From assembly GCA_002269645.1 (NCBI GenBank), contig NIVC01001637.1:122432-186431 (forward strand): a DNA stretch of 64,000 nt. Reading direction: 5' to 3'. Positions 1-31,440 of this stretch are shown here, piece after piece. The translations under genes were made by a program, and so were the position numbers. The notes under the pieces are model-generated. The model was not told where the DNA came from. It saw only the letters and a list, made by a program, of their open reading frames with translations, and did no database searches. Within the stretch, counting starts at the first letter, position 1. Each line of letters starts with the position of its first letter. The DNA is from Macrostomum lignano. Lineage: Eukaryota.

Positions 1-200
1 TGTCCTTGAGCAAGACACTGAACTCTGCATTGATTCAGTTCAAACAGCTTTAAAATGGGTGCCAGCAGTAGCTGGGGTAAATGAGGGTGTGTGGCGACCC
101 CCCAGTCCTTGGACTGAACAGCCGTACGCAGCCTTCAGATGCGCCACGCAATAGCTGCGGCTGAGCTGTCGGTTGCACATCTGGCCATTAGGGGAATCAA
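1..200 (+). mobile_element. Probable SINE body fragment (CORE/V-SINE-like), cut by the window start
   Basis: The window starts with TGTCCTTGAGCAAGACACT, which resembles the conserved central motif of tRNA-derived CORE/V-type SINEs. No A/B box is visible inside the window, and the end point is approximate. Confidence 0.4.
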
Positions 201-338
201 TTATACAATTTGTGTTTTTATTTATAAAAATTATTTAGGAAATAATCAGCTTTTTAACTACTGGTCTAGATTAAAAATGTAAGTAGTATGTAATCATTTA
301 AAAAATACGGTTTCTGTAATTTTTTCACACCTAATCAG

Positions 339-16454
<16,116 letters not shown>

Positions 16455-16648
16455 ACTGGAGCTGAGACGGTTGGGGCAGAGAGATGCCTGCTTCGTGGGT
16501 GAAATGCGTACACTTGGCGAGATAAGGCAGAGTACATCACTAGAACCTTCTAACCCCCCCACTGCGAGGCGTGAGGTGGGTGTTTTACTGGCTAGGCCAA
16601 TGTACACTTCTCTAGATGTACATTTTGGCGTCTTAAAATAGGAACGGA

Positions 16649-16654
16649 AATAAA
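16649..16654 (+). promoter_or_regulatory. Candidate polyadenylation signal for androglobin
   Basis: AATAAA about 195 nt after the stop codon of last exon B. Confidence 0.45.
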
Positions 16655-18749
16655 GAGCCGTATTAACGTGACGCTTTTCACCCACGAATGACTTGGACTT
16701 GGACTGTTATATCGATTGACCGGTAATGGCCTTGTTAAGCTCCCAGCCTAAGCCTAACTGTGATATTTTGCTTACTTTGTTAATCCATTTTCTCACTTAA
16801 TTGGTATATCTAATTATAACAAAAAATCCAATTAAAAAATATTTGCTTATATACGCTTTTTAACAAAGCAGTGAATGAATTTACCGTACAAAAACTGTGG
16901 GAAAGCGACACTCCTCTCTCTGCTGTGTGCTCAGGCTGTTCTCGCGATCTGCTCAATCAAGACTACTAAAAGCCAGGCTGTGCAAGAATAGCGAATGAAG
17001 ACTTAAGAAGTCTTTGTTAAGCTTTCCGCACACCCAAGCTGCTTGATTTGGTCAGTTGCCGTGAATTCCGCTATAAGTAAAGCAGAGGCGAGCGGTCAAT
17101 TTCGTCCAAGGCTCATAAGCGCTGTGACTCTTGTAAAAAGAGACTTTTTATTAATTACTTGTAATTACTGTATTGCCACTTTGCCTTACCTTGTGTTTTA
17201 GTAAGTACTGATTACGCAACTCTAAAAGAGAAAAAAGTTTGAATGATTTTGCTTGCTCCAGTTTTTATGTTCGTTGCCTATAGTAGCTATTGGTGGCAGA
17301 GAACGGTGTCACAGGCTCCGTAACACCTCATGCTCGCCAATTTGACTGTACGCGGTTTTCGAGGACCATACTGTGTATATTATAAGTATAGAAGATTACT
17401 TATTACTTAACTATTTTTAATTCTTTTGTGCCATGTTAAAAGAACCTTGACTCAAACGACTGCGCCATCAATTGCCATAAACAGCTATGATGCGCGGGCG
17501 GTCTTTGAAGACTGGTTTTTTACTTCAACACACATTCCAAGCTGTGTAAAGCTAGTAGATTTTCTATCTTATTCTTGTTTCGTAGTTTTACTATAAGTTC
17601 GCCAATAATTATTGCTTATAAAGTACATTTTACTATCTGTTTTGCTATCCTTAATTTTGAATGCCATTCACCTTGTTTGCCATATTAGTATATGAAAAGA
17701 TTTTTTTCGTTGTTTATTAGATTTTCCTAGTAGGTTTTTGTGGATAACAGACTATCACCCATGTTTGTTAATCTAATGCTGCTTATTTCTCTATAAACTG
17801 TTATATAATACGCACCTAATTATTGGCCTTCTGATTCTCAAAACTGAAAAAAATATCAGGATTTATTTGATTAACCTGCGTGATTTCTAAACAGAACACC
17901 TCTCAATCTAAATCTGATTTTTTGCTTCAACTAATCTCTTCTTTACTCTACCTTGCTATGCGAACTTATTTAAAACTTGTTATAACTTAATAGTTTAAAT
18001 TCGTACACTTGTTGATTCAAATTATGAAGCAACTGGTGATTTATAACAAATATATCTCAATATATTATATGGAGTAGGGATCTGTAGTCCGACTCCCATT
18101 TTTGCGGTGTTTCTCCAAAAAATGAATACCATGTGGTCGCGTTATAGACATTTTTACGAGTATAGCTGTGTTATAATAAACATTTTGTTAATTGTATATA
18201 TTTGTCGGAGTTTTATATTTAGACGCATTAAAACAAATATAACATCATTTAGAAATCGTCATTAAAGTTGAGTGTATGCGGAGCAGATTGATAAATTTAT
18301 TTGTTAAAGCATCAATACATGAAAAGCTTTTAGAGAGAAAGCAGATTGTATAAATATTGTTGCATTTTTAAAGGATAAGGAAGATTAGAAAAATTGCAAA
18401 GGAAGACAGACAGACAGACAAAAGCTTAGAAGGATAGAATATTTGAAAACAGAGATTTAGCAAAACATCTTTGGAGAGATAGCGATAGTACACTTGTAAA
18501 TAACTGGATAGTGAAAAATCACATCTAGAAATGTCACTTGCAAAAAATTATCATAAAAATTTTAAGCAAAGCACAATGATCAGAAGTTAGAAAACTGTAT
18601 AAGGTGAACAGCTGCATAAGGAGCGTTAGAAGTTGATTAAACTTCTGCTATAAGCATGCAAAGTTAAAAGCGAAAATAAAGCAAAATTTATTGGCCATGA
18701 CTTCAGTGACAGAACTTTTGATTAAATTATCCCAAAGCAAGGATCTTCA

Positions 18750-19245
18750 GACACCTGTGATTCCGCTTCTCTCCAGATCCCCAGACACTTTTGATCCCAT
18801 TTTCATCTAGATCCCCAGACACCTGTGATCCCATTTTCACCCAGATCCCCAGACACCTGTGATCCCATTTTCACCCAGATCCCCAGACACCTGTGATCCC
18901 ATTTTCACCCAGATCCCCAGACACCTGTGATCCCATTTTCACCCAGATCCCCAGGCACATGTGATCCCATTTTCATCCAGATCCCCAGACACCTGTGATC
19001 CCATTTTCACCCAGATCCCCAGACACCTGTGATCCCATTTTCACCCAGATCCCCAGACACCTGTGATCCTATTTTCACCCAGATCCCCAGACACCTGTGA
19101 TCCTATTTTCATCCAGATCCCCAGACACCTGTGATCCCATTTTCATCCAGATCCCCAGTCACCTGTGATCCCATTTTCATCCAGATCCCCAGACACCTGT
19201 GATCCTATTTTCATCTAGATCCTCAGACACCTGTGATCCCAATTT
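18750..19245. repeat. 34-bp minisatellite (cagatccccagacacctgtgatcccattttcacc)
   Basis: Copies at 18842, 18876 and onward (spacing 34). Confidence 0.93.
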
Positions 19246-19369
19246 TAAAAAATCCTCAGACACCTGCGTTCCCACTTCTAAAAACCCCCAGATTCTTAAC
19301 TTTTCTTTGAACAACAAGTTTTTAAACACGAAATTGTTAATTGCGTCCCACAAAAACAATCCGTCTTTT

Positions 19370-20298
19370 TTAGGCTGAAACAAAGAGCTCGGGCACAATC
19401 TCCTGGTTGATTTGGTGCCTCTGGCTCACGATATCCGCAATGTCCTGCTGCCCGCTGTCACCCAGGGCGGCCTCTAATTCTCGGATCAGCTCGCCCTCCT
19501 TTGCACCGTTGCGCATTGCCTTCCAGTACAGCAATAGCTTTTGCGACAGACCTGAAAAGATGGTGTTTGGAAAGATTTAAATTCGTACATTCTTTCGGTC
19601 GGATTTTGAACCTAGACTTTGGACCCCACCCCAATAGCTCGAAAATCAAAATTAAAGACAAAAAGCAAATTACCTGTCTCAGTTTGTTGCTGCTCGTCAT
19701 TCTTAAACTTAAGTCGAATAATTTCCACGGTGGGAATATTTAGCAGCATGTAGAGCTGCAGATCGCCTTGCTTCACTGCTCGGGACAAATTGATGAGGCT
19801 GACATCTGTGAGCACCTTGGCCTCCTTGTTTTCCTGCTTGTCTGAATGGAAGTTAGGGGTTGCAATTTTTAACAGAATATCTAAAGAATGTACCCTAGTT
19901 TTAAGCTCATCCAATTAATCAGAATTCAATAAAATAAAAACATCAAATGTGCATTAACTTTGAGTCATTTAAAATTTCTAATTATTATTTTCTATAGCTA
20001 GTAAGCTAGTCATTGACTACAATTTACAACTTTTATTTTAAACTAAAAAGTTTTAAGAATCAAATTCAAATGGAAGTAATTAGAAGATAAAAATAGAAAA
20101 ATTAAATTGATAATTTAAATACAGCACCTTTTTTTCAATAAAAATGTAAATTACAAAATTTTTCTACAAAGATATGTCTGGTAGCTAGCTGGCATTGCCA
20201 GTAGTAAAAGTAATTATAATACCTAAATATTTATTGCACATTAAAATAATGAGCTCATTCCACTAACTAATTGAAAATCCTAATTTCTCTTTTGATTA

Positions 20299-20341
<43 letters not shown>

Positions 20342-20457
20342 GTTTTTTAAATGACCTTTTCAATTTTTTTTAAATTACCAAACAAAAGTCAAGTTCCTAA
20401 ATTCATAAAGAAACATGAAGATCAAGTCCTACTCACCCTCAACATCGGTCATGTTGT
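19370..20457 (-). CDS. C-terminal exons of a death-domain-containing protein (5' exons not identified)
   Basis: Minus-strand exons 20437-20457 (21-nt micro-exon, gtgagt donor), 19674-19841 and 19370-19551 (TAA), all joined in phase 1. Product: DNMTDVEDKQENKEAKVLTDVSLINLSRAVKQGDLQLYMLLNIPTVEIIRLKFKNDEQQQTETGLSQKLLLYWKAMRNGAKEGELIRELEAALGDSGQQDIADIVSQRHQINQEIVPELFVSA. The six-helix pattern (L-x-I-x3-I, LL-x-W, L-x2-AL-x3-G-x-x-DIA) fits the death fold. Confidence 0.72.
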
Positions 20458-22319
20458 CTGATGTGATTTAAGTACTTTTATTTGACTATACGATTGATGT
20501 GCACTGAGTCAAATAATACAAGCCTTGATAACACTTATTACGATTTTTTTACGATGATTGAGTCCGAGTCCAAGTTCTGAATGCGCGTTTTTAAGAAAAA
20601 GTCTAAATCAAAAAATGTTGTCCATGGAGATAACAGTTTTAACAAACAATTTTTACTACACAAATTAAACTACTTTTTCAGAAAAAATATTGGTAAACTT
20701 ATTAGACTTTATTTTTAAAAAAATTAAAGTTTTTTTAAAAAATAGCTCAAATATTAACAATGATCACGAAATTGTCAAATTAAATGAAGAGCAGTCAGAT
20801 TTTAGTGCCGAAATTCTGTAGCTGCAAATTTCAGTGCAAACAGTCTTTCTGCTAGATATTCTCTCGTAAATATCTTAGTTAACGGGGTTCTTAGTGGCGA
20901 CGTAACAACAGGCGAATTACAATAAATCTGTGCAAAGAGCAACAACGCACGTGTAGCATGCATCCACATATGTATATGCAACAAGGACCAACTGTATATA
21001 ACTGTATATACAGGGTCCTTGGTATGCAAATGTATGTGTATAATGCATATTCACACTGTAAATTAACACGCAGTGTGCAGATTGTACACGTAATGTACAT
21101 GTATGTATATGTGGACAAAGTACATATGTATTTATTTTTGTCGCGATCTCTGGTATATTATGTATAAGAAAAAGGACATGCTCGATGCATGTACATGTTA
21201 ATTTATTTATATTTTATAGTCTTTCCTTGTGTCCAAAGTCGTGTGCACTTTGCGTCACAATGCATGCGGCTGAATTGATTGTTTGAATAGTAAGTAAAGT
21301 AAGTAGTAAGTAAATAGTAATTAAGTAATTATTGTTTTCAGAAGTATTTATACTCAGATCACTGTATTCATACTGGATTCACCATGCTTATCCATAATCC
21401 AATTGTTAATTCCTGATCAGGAGTACAGAATCAGGCAGAGCTCAAACGAATGCAGGAAGCAAAAATAACAAAATATAGAAACTTAATTATATTTCTTGCG
21501 TTCCTGACTCCTCTTTCGCATATCAGCTAATCCTTGATCCTTTTGCGCGCTAAATATCCCATTATGAGCCTAGCTACACAGATCCCATTTGTCTTCCGCA
21601 CAAGCTACAGCAATTTTTCGTAGGTCTGAACCCACATGGACAATTATAGCTTCTTTGATACTCCCACTTACATGCAGTTCCGATGTGAGCTGGGCCATAT
21701 CTCTCACAGCTGCAGTATCCATGCAGTGTGTTGCCAGCAGCCACTTGGGTGACTTCTCTCAGACAACTTCTAAAGCTCTCCTTATAACTGACGTCCGAAT
21801 GTCTCTCTATGCTCTTCCCAAAAAGCTAACTCAATCTTACAGAGAAATTGCTCTCCTAAGGCCCCCCTCCCCCTGAATGCGCGCATGCGTATCTGAGTTG
21901 CACTTTGATGGAGGCTATGGAAGATGCTGACTGTGATTTAGATGTAGGGACAGCAATCTCGGGAGTTGCAAACCTAAACTGAGCTCCATCTTCAGAGAGT
22001 AATCGTTTGACTTGATCAATCGTCCCGCAGAGAAGACCATACTATTTTGTTCGAATAACTCTCATACATTGGTTATAGCTTCTACATCACTGAACAAGTA
22101 CATCTTATAATATTTGCTTGAGTTTATGTTATATTAGATATGCCATACATGTTTGCTTATTTTTTAACCGGTAGAGCAGTGACTGATTGATGGCTTGGAT
22201 GGAAAATGTTCGGAGATTAATCTGGATATATTTTTTAATCTGCGAGTGGCACTCCGGCTAAATTAGTTGTTATGAGATGATGAGTCATTTCGGACTTGGT
22301 TGTCAAATTAGGGTCATTT

Positions 22320-23065
22320 GTCACATGTCAGATGTGTGTCATTTGTGCTGTCATATATGTGTCATTTGGGGTGTCAGATGTGTGTCATTTGTAGTGTCAG
22401 ATTTGTGTCATTTGTGGTGTCAGATATGTGTCATTTGCGGTGTCAAATTTGTGTCATTTGTGGTGTCAGATATGTGTCATTTGTAGTGTCAGATTTGTGT
22501 CATTTCTGGTGTCAGATATGTGTCATTTGTGGTGTCAGATATGTGTCATTTGTAGTGTCAGATATGTGTCATTTAGGTGTCAGATGTGCGTCATTTGTAG
22601 TGTCAGATATGTGTCATTTAGGTGTCAGATGTGCGTCATTTGTAGTGTCAGATGTGTGTCATTTTTAGTGTTAGATTTGTGTCATTTGTAGTGTCAGATT
22701 TGTGTCATTTGTGGTGTCAGATGTGTGTCATTTGTGGTGTCATATATGTGTCATTTAGGTGTCATATATGTGTCATTTGTGGTGTCAGATATGTGTCATT
22801 TGTAGTGTCAGATATGTGTCATTTAGGTGTCAGATGTGTGTCATTTGTAGTGTCAGATATGTGTCATTTAGGTGTCAGATGTGCGTCATTTGTAGTGTCA
22901 GATGCATGTCATTTGTGGTGTCAAATTTGTGTCATTTTTGGTTTCAGGTGTGTGTCATTTGTGGTGTCAGATTTGTGTCATTTTTGGTTTCAGGTGTGTC
23001 ATTTGTGGTGTCAGATATGTGTCAGATATGTGTCATTTTTGGTTTTAGATGTGTGTCATTCTGTG
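22320..23065. repeat. ~23-bp minisatellite (tgtcagatatgtgtcatttgtgg)
   Basis: Direct inspection. Confidence 0.92.
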
Positions 23066-23779
23066 TGTGGTGATGGGTGCTATAACTTCACGTAAAAGTT
23101 GTTTACAGCACCAGGAACAAAATATTCTACAAAATGCTCCAACAAAGCTCCCCAACGAAATTCCAAAGAAATATCCGAAAAGTGGATTCCTTCAAAATGT
23201 GAAATTGACTAATTGGCGTCAGTCAATTAAGAGACTATTTATCAGCCAGGCATCTCAGCATTTCATACCTCGAACGAAAAGTTAAATGTCGGGTGATGGA
23301 ATCTCTGCCCCATCTGCGAGTCACATCTGGTTCCGCATTACTTTACCATTCATTCATTCATTCACCTTTTTTGTTCCGACATCAAATTAAAATAGGCTAT
23401 AGGTGAGGATGAAGATAGAATTAAGGATGCTGGATTATAGGAGCTATACGATGGTGATAGACAGAAAGGAGATGATGGCATTTCTGTAATTTGATATCCT
23501 TGGGTTGAATCATGCACGGAACTTCCGAAATCCGAAGAGTTGCTTCTTTGAAATGCAATTATTTCTGCTTGCTGGTCCATCTGCTCTGTCAGGGTGCGTC
23601 GCCTCATGATGCATGTCAGTTGCAGCACGCAGATGGGATGACACTGTCATATTCATGGCGCTGTCTCGGTGGGGATAGAAAATAACAATATTTTGGAGAG
23701 ATACCTGTATAAATGTTCAGTCGCAGAGAGCCGATAGAGAGAAGAGAGACAAAAGAAAATCTTCAAGGAGAGGCAGGGA

Positions 23780-25420
23780 ACTGTTCAGGGAAGAGAGAAG
23801 ACAATCTTCAGGGAAGAGAGAAGACAGTCTTCAGGGAAGAGAGAAGACAATCTTCAGGGAAGAGAGAAGACAATCTTCAGGGAAGAGAGAAGACAATCTT
23901 CAGGGAAGAGAGAAGACAATCTTCAGGGAAGAGAGAAGACAATCTTCAGGGAAGAGAGAAGACAGTCTTCAGGGAAGAGAGAAGACAATCTTCAGGGAAG
24001 AGAGAAGAGAATCTTCAGGGAAGAGAGAAGACAATCTTCAGGGGATCGAGAAAAGAGAGACTTCAGGGAAGAGAGAAGACAATCTTCAGGGAAGAGAGAA
24101 GACAATCTTCAGGGAAGAGAGAAGACAGTCTTCAGGGGATCGAGAAAAGAGAGACTTCAGGGAAGAGAGAAGACAATCTTCAGGGAAGAGAGAAGACAAT
24201 CTTCAGGGAAGAGAGAAGACAATCTTCAGGGAAGAGAGAAGACAATCTTCAGGGAAGAGAGAAGACAGTCTTCAGGGAAGAGAGAAGACAATCTTCAGGG
24301 AAGAGAGAAGACAGTCTTCAGGGAAGAGAGAAGACAGTCTTCAGGGAAGAGAGAAGACAATCTTCAGGGAAGAGAGAAGACAGTCTTCAGGGAAGAGAGA
24401 AGACAGTCTTCAGGGAAGAGAGAAGACAGTCTTCAGGGAAGAGAGAAGACAGTCTTCAGGGAAGAGAGAAGACAATCTTCAGGGAAGAGAGAAGACAGTC
24501 TTCAGGGAAGAGAGAAGACAGTCTTCAGGGAAGAGAGAAGACAATCTTCAGGGAAGAGAGAAGACAATCTTCAGGGAAGAGAGAAGACAATCTTCAGGGA
24601 AGAGAGAAGACAATCTTCAGGGAAGAGAGAAGACAATCTTCAGGGAAGAGAGAAGACAATCTTCAGGGAAGAGAGAAGACAGTCTTCAGGGAAGAGAGAA
24701 GACAGTCTTCAGGGAAGAGAGAAGACAATCTTCAGGGAAGAGAGAAGACAGTCTTCAGGGAAGAGAGAAGACAATCTTCAGGGAAGAGAGAAGACAATCT
24801 TCAGGGAAGAGAGAAGACAGTCTTCAGGGAAGAGAGAAGACAATCTTCAGGGAAGAGAGAAGACAATCTTCAGGGAATAGAGAAGAGAATCTTCAGGGAA
24901 GAGAGAAGACAGTCTTCAGGGAAGAGAGAAGACAGTCTTCAGGGAAGAGAGAAGGCAGTCTTCAGGGAAGAGAGAAGAGAATCTTCAGGGAAGAGAAAAG
25001 ACAATCTTCAGGGAAGAGAGAAGAGAATCTTCAGGGAAGAGAAAAGACAATCTTCAGGGAAGAGAGAAGACAATCTTCAGGGATGAGAGAAGACAGTCTT
25101 CAGGGAAGAGAGAAGACAATCTTCAGGGAAGAGAGAAGACAGTCTTCAGGGAAGAGAGAAGGCAGTCTTCAGGGAAGAGAGAAGAGAATCTTCAGGGAAG
25201 AGAGAAGACAGTCTTCAGGGAAGAGAGAAGACAGTCTTCAGGGAAGAGAGAAGACAGTCTTCAGGGAAGAGAGAAGGCAGTCTTCAGGGAAGAGAGAAGA
25301 GAATCTTCAGGGAAGAGAAAAGACAATCTTCAGGGAAGAGAGAAGAGAATCTTCAGGGAAGAGAAAAGACAATCTTCAGGGAAGAGAGAAGACAATCTTC
25401 AGGGATGAGAGAGGAGAAGA
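23780..25420. repeat. 23-bp purine-rich minisatellite (cttcagggaagagagaagacaat)
   Basis: Direct inspection; explains the 457-aa ORF with a 23-aa period. Confidence 0.95.
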
Positions 25421-25874
25421 AGAGAGAGAAGGGGCAGGGAGTGCAAAAGAGAGGAAACTTCAGGGTTAGCAGACAAAATATTCAGGCAGAGAGGCTATTT
25501 TTTATGCCAACAAGTCAGCAAGAAGAGACGCCCGCAATGGGATAGTGGAACTGAGAGCTAGTCTGACATGTCCCGGTCCTTACGGCCGTTCGAATCACGG
25601 CTGCCCCCCCCCCTGCCCGTGAGGCAAAACAAGCATTTGCTTTTTTGGCAGATTTTGCTTTTAGACTGGAAGCCATTTAGCCGTCAACATTTTGCAAATT
25701 TCTGGCGGCCTTCTAAACCGCGGTGCAGCTGGGACTTGCTGTTTATGGGTATTTTTTATTACGGATTTTACGCAACCAGTTCTAAAAATATCCGTATTTA
25801 TACGAGTATAAGGCCGTACTGCCTTGTTGGAAAATGTGATTCTTTCGTAAATAGGAAACAACTTTGTGGGACAT

Positions 25875-28700
25875 GACAAATGAGAATAGATTCTAAATGA
25901 GATGAGAAATGAGAATAGATTCTAAACCAGATGAGAAATGAGAATAGATTCTAAATGAGATGAGAAATGAGAATAGATTCTAAACCAGATGAGAAATGAG
26001 AATAGATTCTAAACCAGATGAGAAATGAGAATAGATTCTAAACCAGATGAGAAATGAGAATAGATTCTAAATGAGATGAGAAATGAGAATAGATTCTAAA
26101 TGAGATGACAAATGAGAATAGATTCTAATTTAGATGAGAAATGAGAATCGATTCTAAATGAAATTAGAAATAAGAATAGATTCTAAATGAGATGAGAAAT
26201 GAGAATAGATTCTAAATGAGATGAGAAATGAGAATAGATTCTAAATGAGATGAGAAATAAGAATAGATTCTAAATGAGATGAGAAATGAGAATCGATAAT
26301 AAATGAGATGAGAAATGAGAATCGATTCTAAATGAGATGAGAAATGAGAATCGATTCTAAATGAGATGAGAAATGAGAATCGATAATAAATGAGATGAGA
26401 AATGAGAATAGATTCTAAATGAGATGAGAAATGAGAATCGATTCTAAATGAGATGAGAAATGAGAATCGATAATAAATGAGATGAGAAATGAGAATCGAT
26501 TCTAAATGAGATGAGAAATGAGAATAGATTCTAAATGAGATGAGAAATGAGAATAGATTCTAAACGAGATGAGAAATGAGAATAGCTTCTAAATGAGATG
26601 AGAAATGAGAATAGATTCTAATTTAGATGAGAAATGAGAATAGATTCTAAATGAGATGAGAAATGAGAATAGATTCTAAATGAGATGAGAAATGAGAATA
26701 GATTCTAAATGAGATGAGAAATGAGAATAGATTCTAATTTAGATGAGAAATGAGAATCGATTCTAAATGAAATTAGAAATAAGAATAGATTCTAAATGAG
26801 ATGAGAAATGAGAATAGATTCTAAATGAGATGAGAAATGAGAATCGATTCTAAATGAAATTAGAAATAAGAATAGATTCTAAATGAGATGAGAAATGAGA
26901 ATAGATTCTAAACCAGATGAGAAATGAGAATAGATTCTAAATGAAATGAGAAATGAGAATAGATTCTAAATGAGATGAGAAATGAGAATAGATTCTAAAT
27001 GAGATGAGAAATGAGAATCGATTCTAAATGAGATGAGAAATGAGAATCGATTCTAAATGAGATGAGAAATGAGAATCGATTCTAAATGAGATGAGAAATG
27101 AGAATCGATTCTAAATGAGATGAGAAATGAGAATAGATTCCAAATGAGATAAGAAATGAGAATCGATTCTAAACCAGATGAGAAATGAGAATAGATTCCA
27201 AATGAGATAAGAAATGAGAATCGATTCTAAACCAGATGAGAAATGAGAATAGATTCCAAATGAGATGAGAAATGAGAATCGATTCTAAATGAGATGAGAA
27301 ATGAGAATCGATTCTAAATGAGATGAGAAATGAGAATCGATTCTAAATGAGATGAGAAATGAGAATAGATTCTAAATGAGATGAGAAATGAGAATAGATT
27401 CTTAATGAGATGAGAAATGAGAATCGATTCTAAATGAGATGAGAAATGAGAATCGATTCTAAATGAGATGAGAAATGAGAATCGATTCTAAATGAGATGA
27501 GAAATGAGAATAGATTCTAAATGAGATGAGAAATGAGAATCGATAATAAATAAGATGAGAAATGAGAATCGATTCTAAATGAGATGAGAAATGAGAATCG
27601 ATTCTAAATGAGATGAGAAATGAGAATCGATTCTAAATGAGATGAGAAATGAGAATAGATTCCAAATGAGATAAGAAATGAGAATCGATTCTAAACCAGA
27701 TGAGAAATGAGAATAGATTCCAAATGAGATAAGAAATGAGAATCGATTCTAAACCAGATGAGAAATGAGAATAGATTCCAAATGAGATGAGAAATGAGAA
27801 TCGATTCTAAATGAGATGAGAAATGAGAATCGATTCTAAATGAGATGAGAAATGAGAATCGATTCTAAATGAGATGAGAAATGAGAATAGATTCTAAATG
27901 AGATGAGAAATGAGAATAGATTCTAAATGAGATGAGAAATGAGAATCGATAATAAATGAGATGAGAAATGAGAATCGATTCTAAATGAGATGAGAAATGA
28001 GAATCGATTCTAAATGAGATGAGAAATGAGAATCGATAATAAATGAGATGAGATATGAGAATCGATTCTAAATGAGATGAGAAATGAGAATAGATTCTAA
28101 ATGAGATGAGAAATAAGAATAGATTCTAAATGAGATGAGAAATGAGAATCGATAATAAATGAGATGAGAAATGAGAATCGATTCTAAATGAGATGAGAAA
28201 TGAGAATCGATTCTAAATGAGATGAGAAATGAGAATCGATAATAAATGAGATGAGAAATGAGAATAGATTCTAAATGAGATGAGAAATGAGAATCGATTC
28301 TAAATGAGATGAGAAATGAGAATCGATAATAAATGAGATGAGAAATGAGAATCGATTCTAAATGAGATGAGAAATGAGAATAGATTCTAAATGAGATGAT
28401 AAATGAGAATCGATAATAAATGAGATGAGAAATGAGAATCGATTCTAAATGAGATGAGAAATGAGAATAGATTCTAAATGAGATGAGAAATGAGAATAGA
28501 TTCTAAATGAGATGAGAAATGAGAATAGATTCTAAATGAGATGAGAAATGAGAATCGATTCTAAATTAGATGAGAAATAAGAATAGATTCTAAATGAGAT
28601 GAGAAATGAGAATAGATTCTAAATGAGATGAGAAATGAGAATAGATTCTAAATGAGATGAGAATTGAAAATTGATAATAAATGAGATGAGCAATGAGAAA
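25875..28700. repeat. 29-bp satellite (aaatgagatgagaaatgagaatagattct), about 2.8 kb
   Basis: ttcta recurs at 26181, 26210 and onward (spacing 29). Confidence 0.96.
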
Positions 28701-29162
28701 CCACGGGTGCTTTCAAGCGAATAGTTTTTGCCATAGACACCAAGTCAAATTTCGACCTATATGGAATTTTTACCCAATTTAGACATGTCACGTGAGCACT
28801 GCATAGATTTTCCATTCGCAACTCATTATCTAGTGCTTACGTGACCTGTAACTTAGCGTGACTTACGGGACTGTCCCTTGCTCATTATAATAGAAAATTC
28901 ACACCTGCAGTTTCGGTTGGCCTTGGGGGAATAGAGGGATTATTTATAGCATCAGCTAGACAATTGAAGTTTAGTCTCTGGCTATAGACGTATTGAGCTC
29001 TTAGTGTGAGAAAATTAGTACATTAGAAGCATATGGAAAAAACAGCTTTTTACCTTTTTAATCCCTTTAGCATTGAGCGATTTCTTAGCCACGATGCATG
29101 TACTATCACGGGAAAATTTCTGATCGAATGGTTCGATTTTGCTGGAAATCAGCTAAACTGTT

Positions 29163-30140
<978 letters not shown>

Positions 30141-30544
30141 TCTTTCTTGAAAACACTGCAACCAAACAAAACCTCTTGCCACTGTTTCCTACACTTAGCT
30201 ACAATACTGTCTCTGGGAACCCAGCAACGCATCGCCGCCAACCTCATCCGACCCAGCCGTGATGAATGCCCGGGCCAGTCATTTGTCACAGATGATCCTC
30301 GGAGAGAGAAAAAACGCAAGTAAGCCCAACCCCCCCAATCTGCATGCAGTTTCGGCGGCAAAATATGAAAGATAAGAGCAAACTGGCCTGGTGATTAATT
30401 GGCTCGAGGGACAAACGGGCTCAGCTGCGAAGTCCCACTGCGAAATGACTTCTTGAGAAGTGCAGATTTTTCTTGCATCGAAAACACTGCAATCCGGATT
30501 TGAATGTTTCTGGGTCTGAAAAGCCTGCGTTTTATGTTATATCC

Positions 30545-31440
30545 TACTCTACTTCTACACTCTACCCTACTGGATTTCTACACTCTACCTTACTGTATTT
30601 CCATACTCTACCCTACTGTATTTCTACACTCTACCCTACTGGATTTCTACACTCTACCCTTCTGTATTTCTACACTCTACCCTACTGTATTTCTACACTC
30701 TACCCTACTTATTTCTACACTCTACCCTACTGTAGTTCTACACTCTACCCTACTATAGTTCTACACTCTACCCTACTTATTTCTACACTCTACCCTACTG
30801 TAATTCTACACTCTACCCTACTGTAATTCTACACTCTACCCTACTGTAATTCTACACTATACCCTACTGTATTTCTACACTCTACCCTACTGTATTTCTA
30901 CACTCTACCCTACTGTATTTCTACACTCTACCCTACTGTATTTCTACACTCTACCCTACTGTAATTCTACACTCTACCCTACTGTAATTCTACACTATAC
31001 CCTACTGTAATTCTACACTCTACCCTACTGTATTTCTACACTCTACCCTACTTATTTCTACACTCTACCCTACTTATTTCTACACTCTACCCTACTGTAT
31101 TTCTACACTCTACCCTACTGTAATTCTACACTCTACCCTACTGTAATTCTACACTCTACCCTACTGTATTTCTACACTCTACTCCACTTATTTCTACACT
31201 CTACCCTACTGTAATTCTACACTCTACCCTACTGTAATTCTACACTCTACCCTACTGTAGTTCTACACTTCACCCTACTTATTTCTACACTCTACCCTAC
31301 TGTAGTTCTACACTCTACCCTACTTATTTCTACACTCTACCCTACTTATTTCTACACTCTACCCTACTGTAGTTCTACACTCTACCCTATTGTATTTCTA
31401 TACTCTACCCTACTTATTTCTACACTCTACCCTACTCTTT
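30545..31440. repeat. 23-bp minisatellite (tttctacactctaccctactgta)
   Basis: Direct inspection. Confidence 0.93.

Noticed and set aside
16880-17560. Coding-looking GC islands downstream of androglobin
   Set aside because: All frames examined are interrupted by stops and show no recognisable motif.
18750-19245. 34-bp repeats, and the 29-bp array at 25.9-28.7 kb, as CRISPR-like arrays
   Set aside because: Units are head-to-tail with no unique spacers, there are no cas genes, and the context is eukaryotic.
23362-23660. 88-aa minus-strand ORF as an upstream exon of the death-domain gene
   Set aside because: No convincing acceptor/donor pair or motif was found.
23713-25469. 457-aa and 128-aa charged ORFs
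   Set aside because: Translations of a 23-bp repeat cycling through all frames.
30199-30319. Plus-strand exon-like segment (cttag|...|gtaagc)
   Set aside because: Two frames are open but there is no partner exon or homology.
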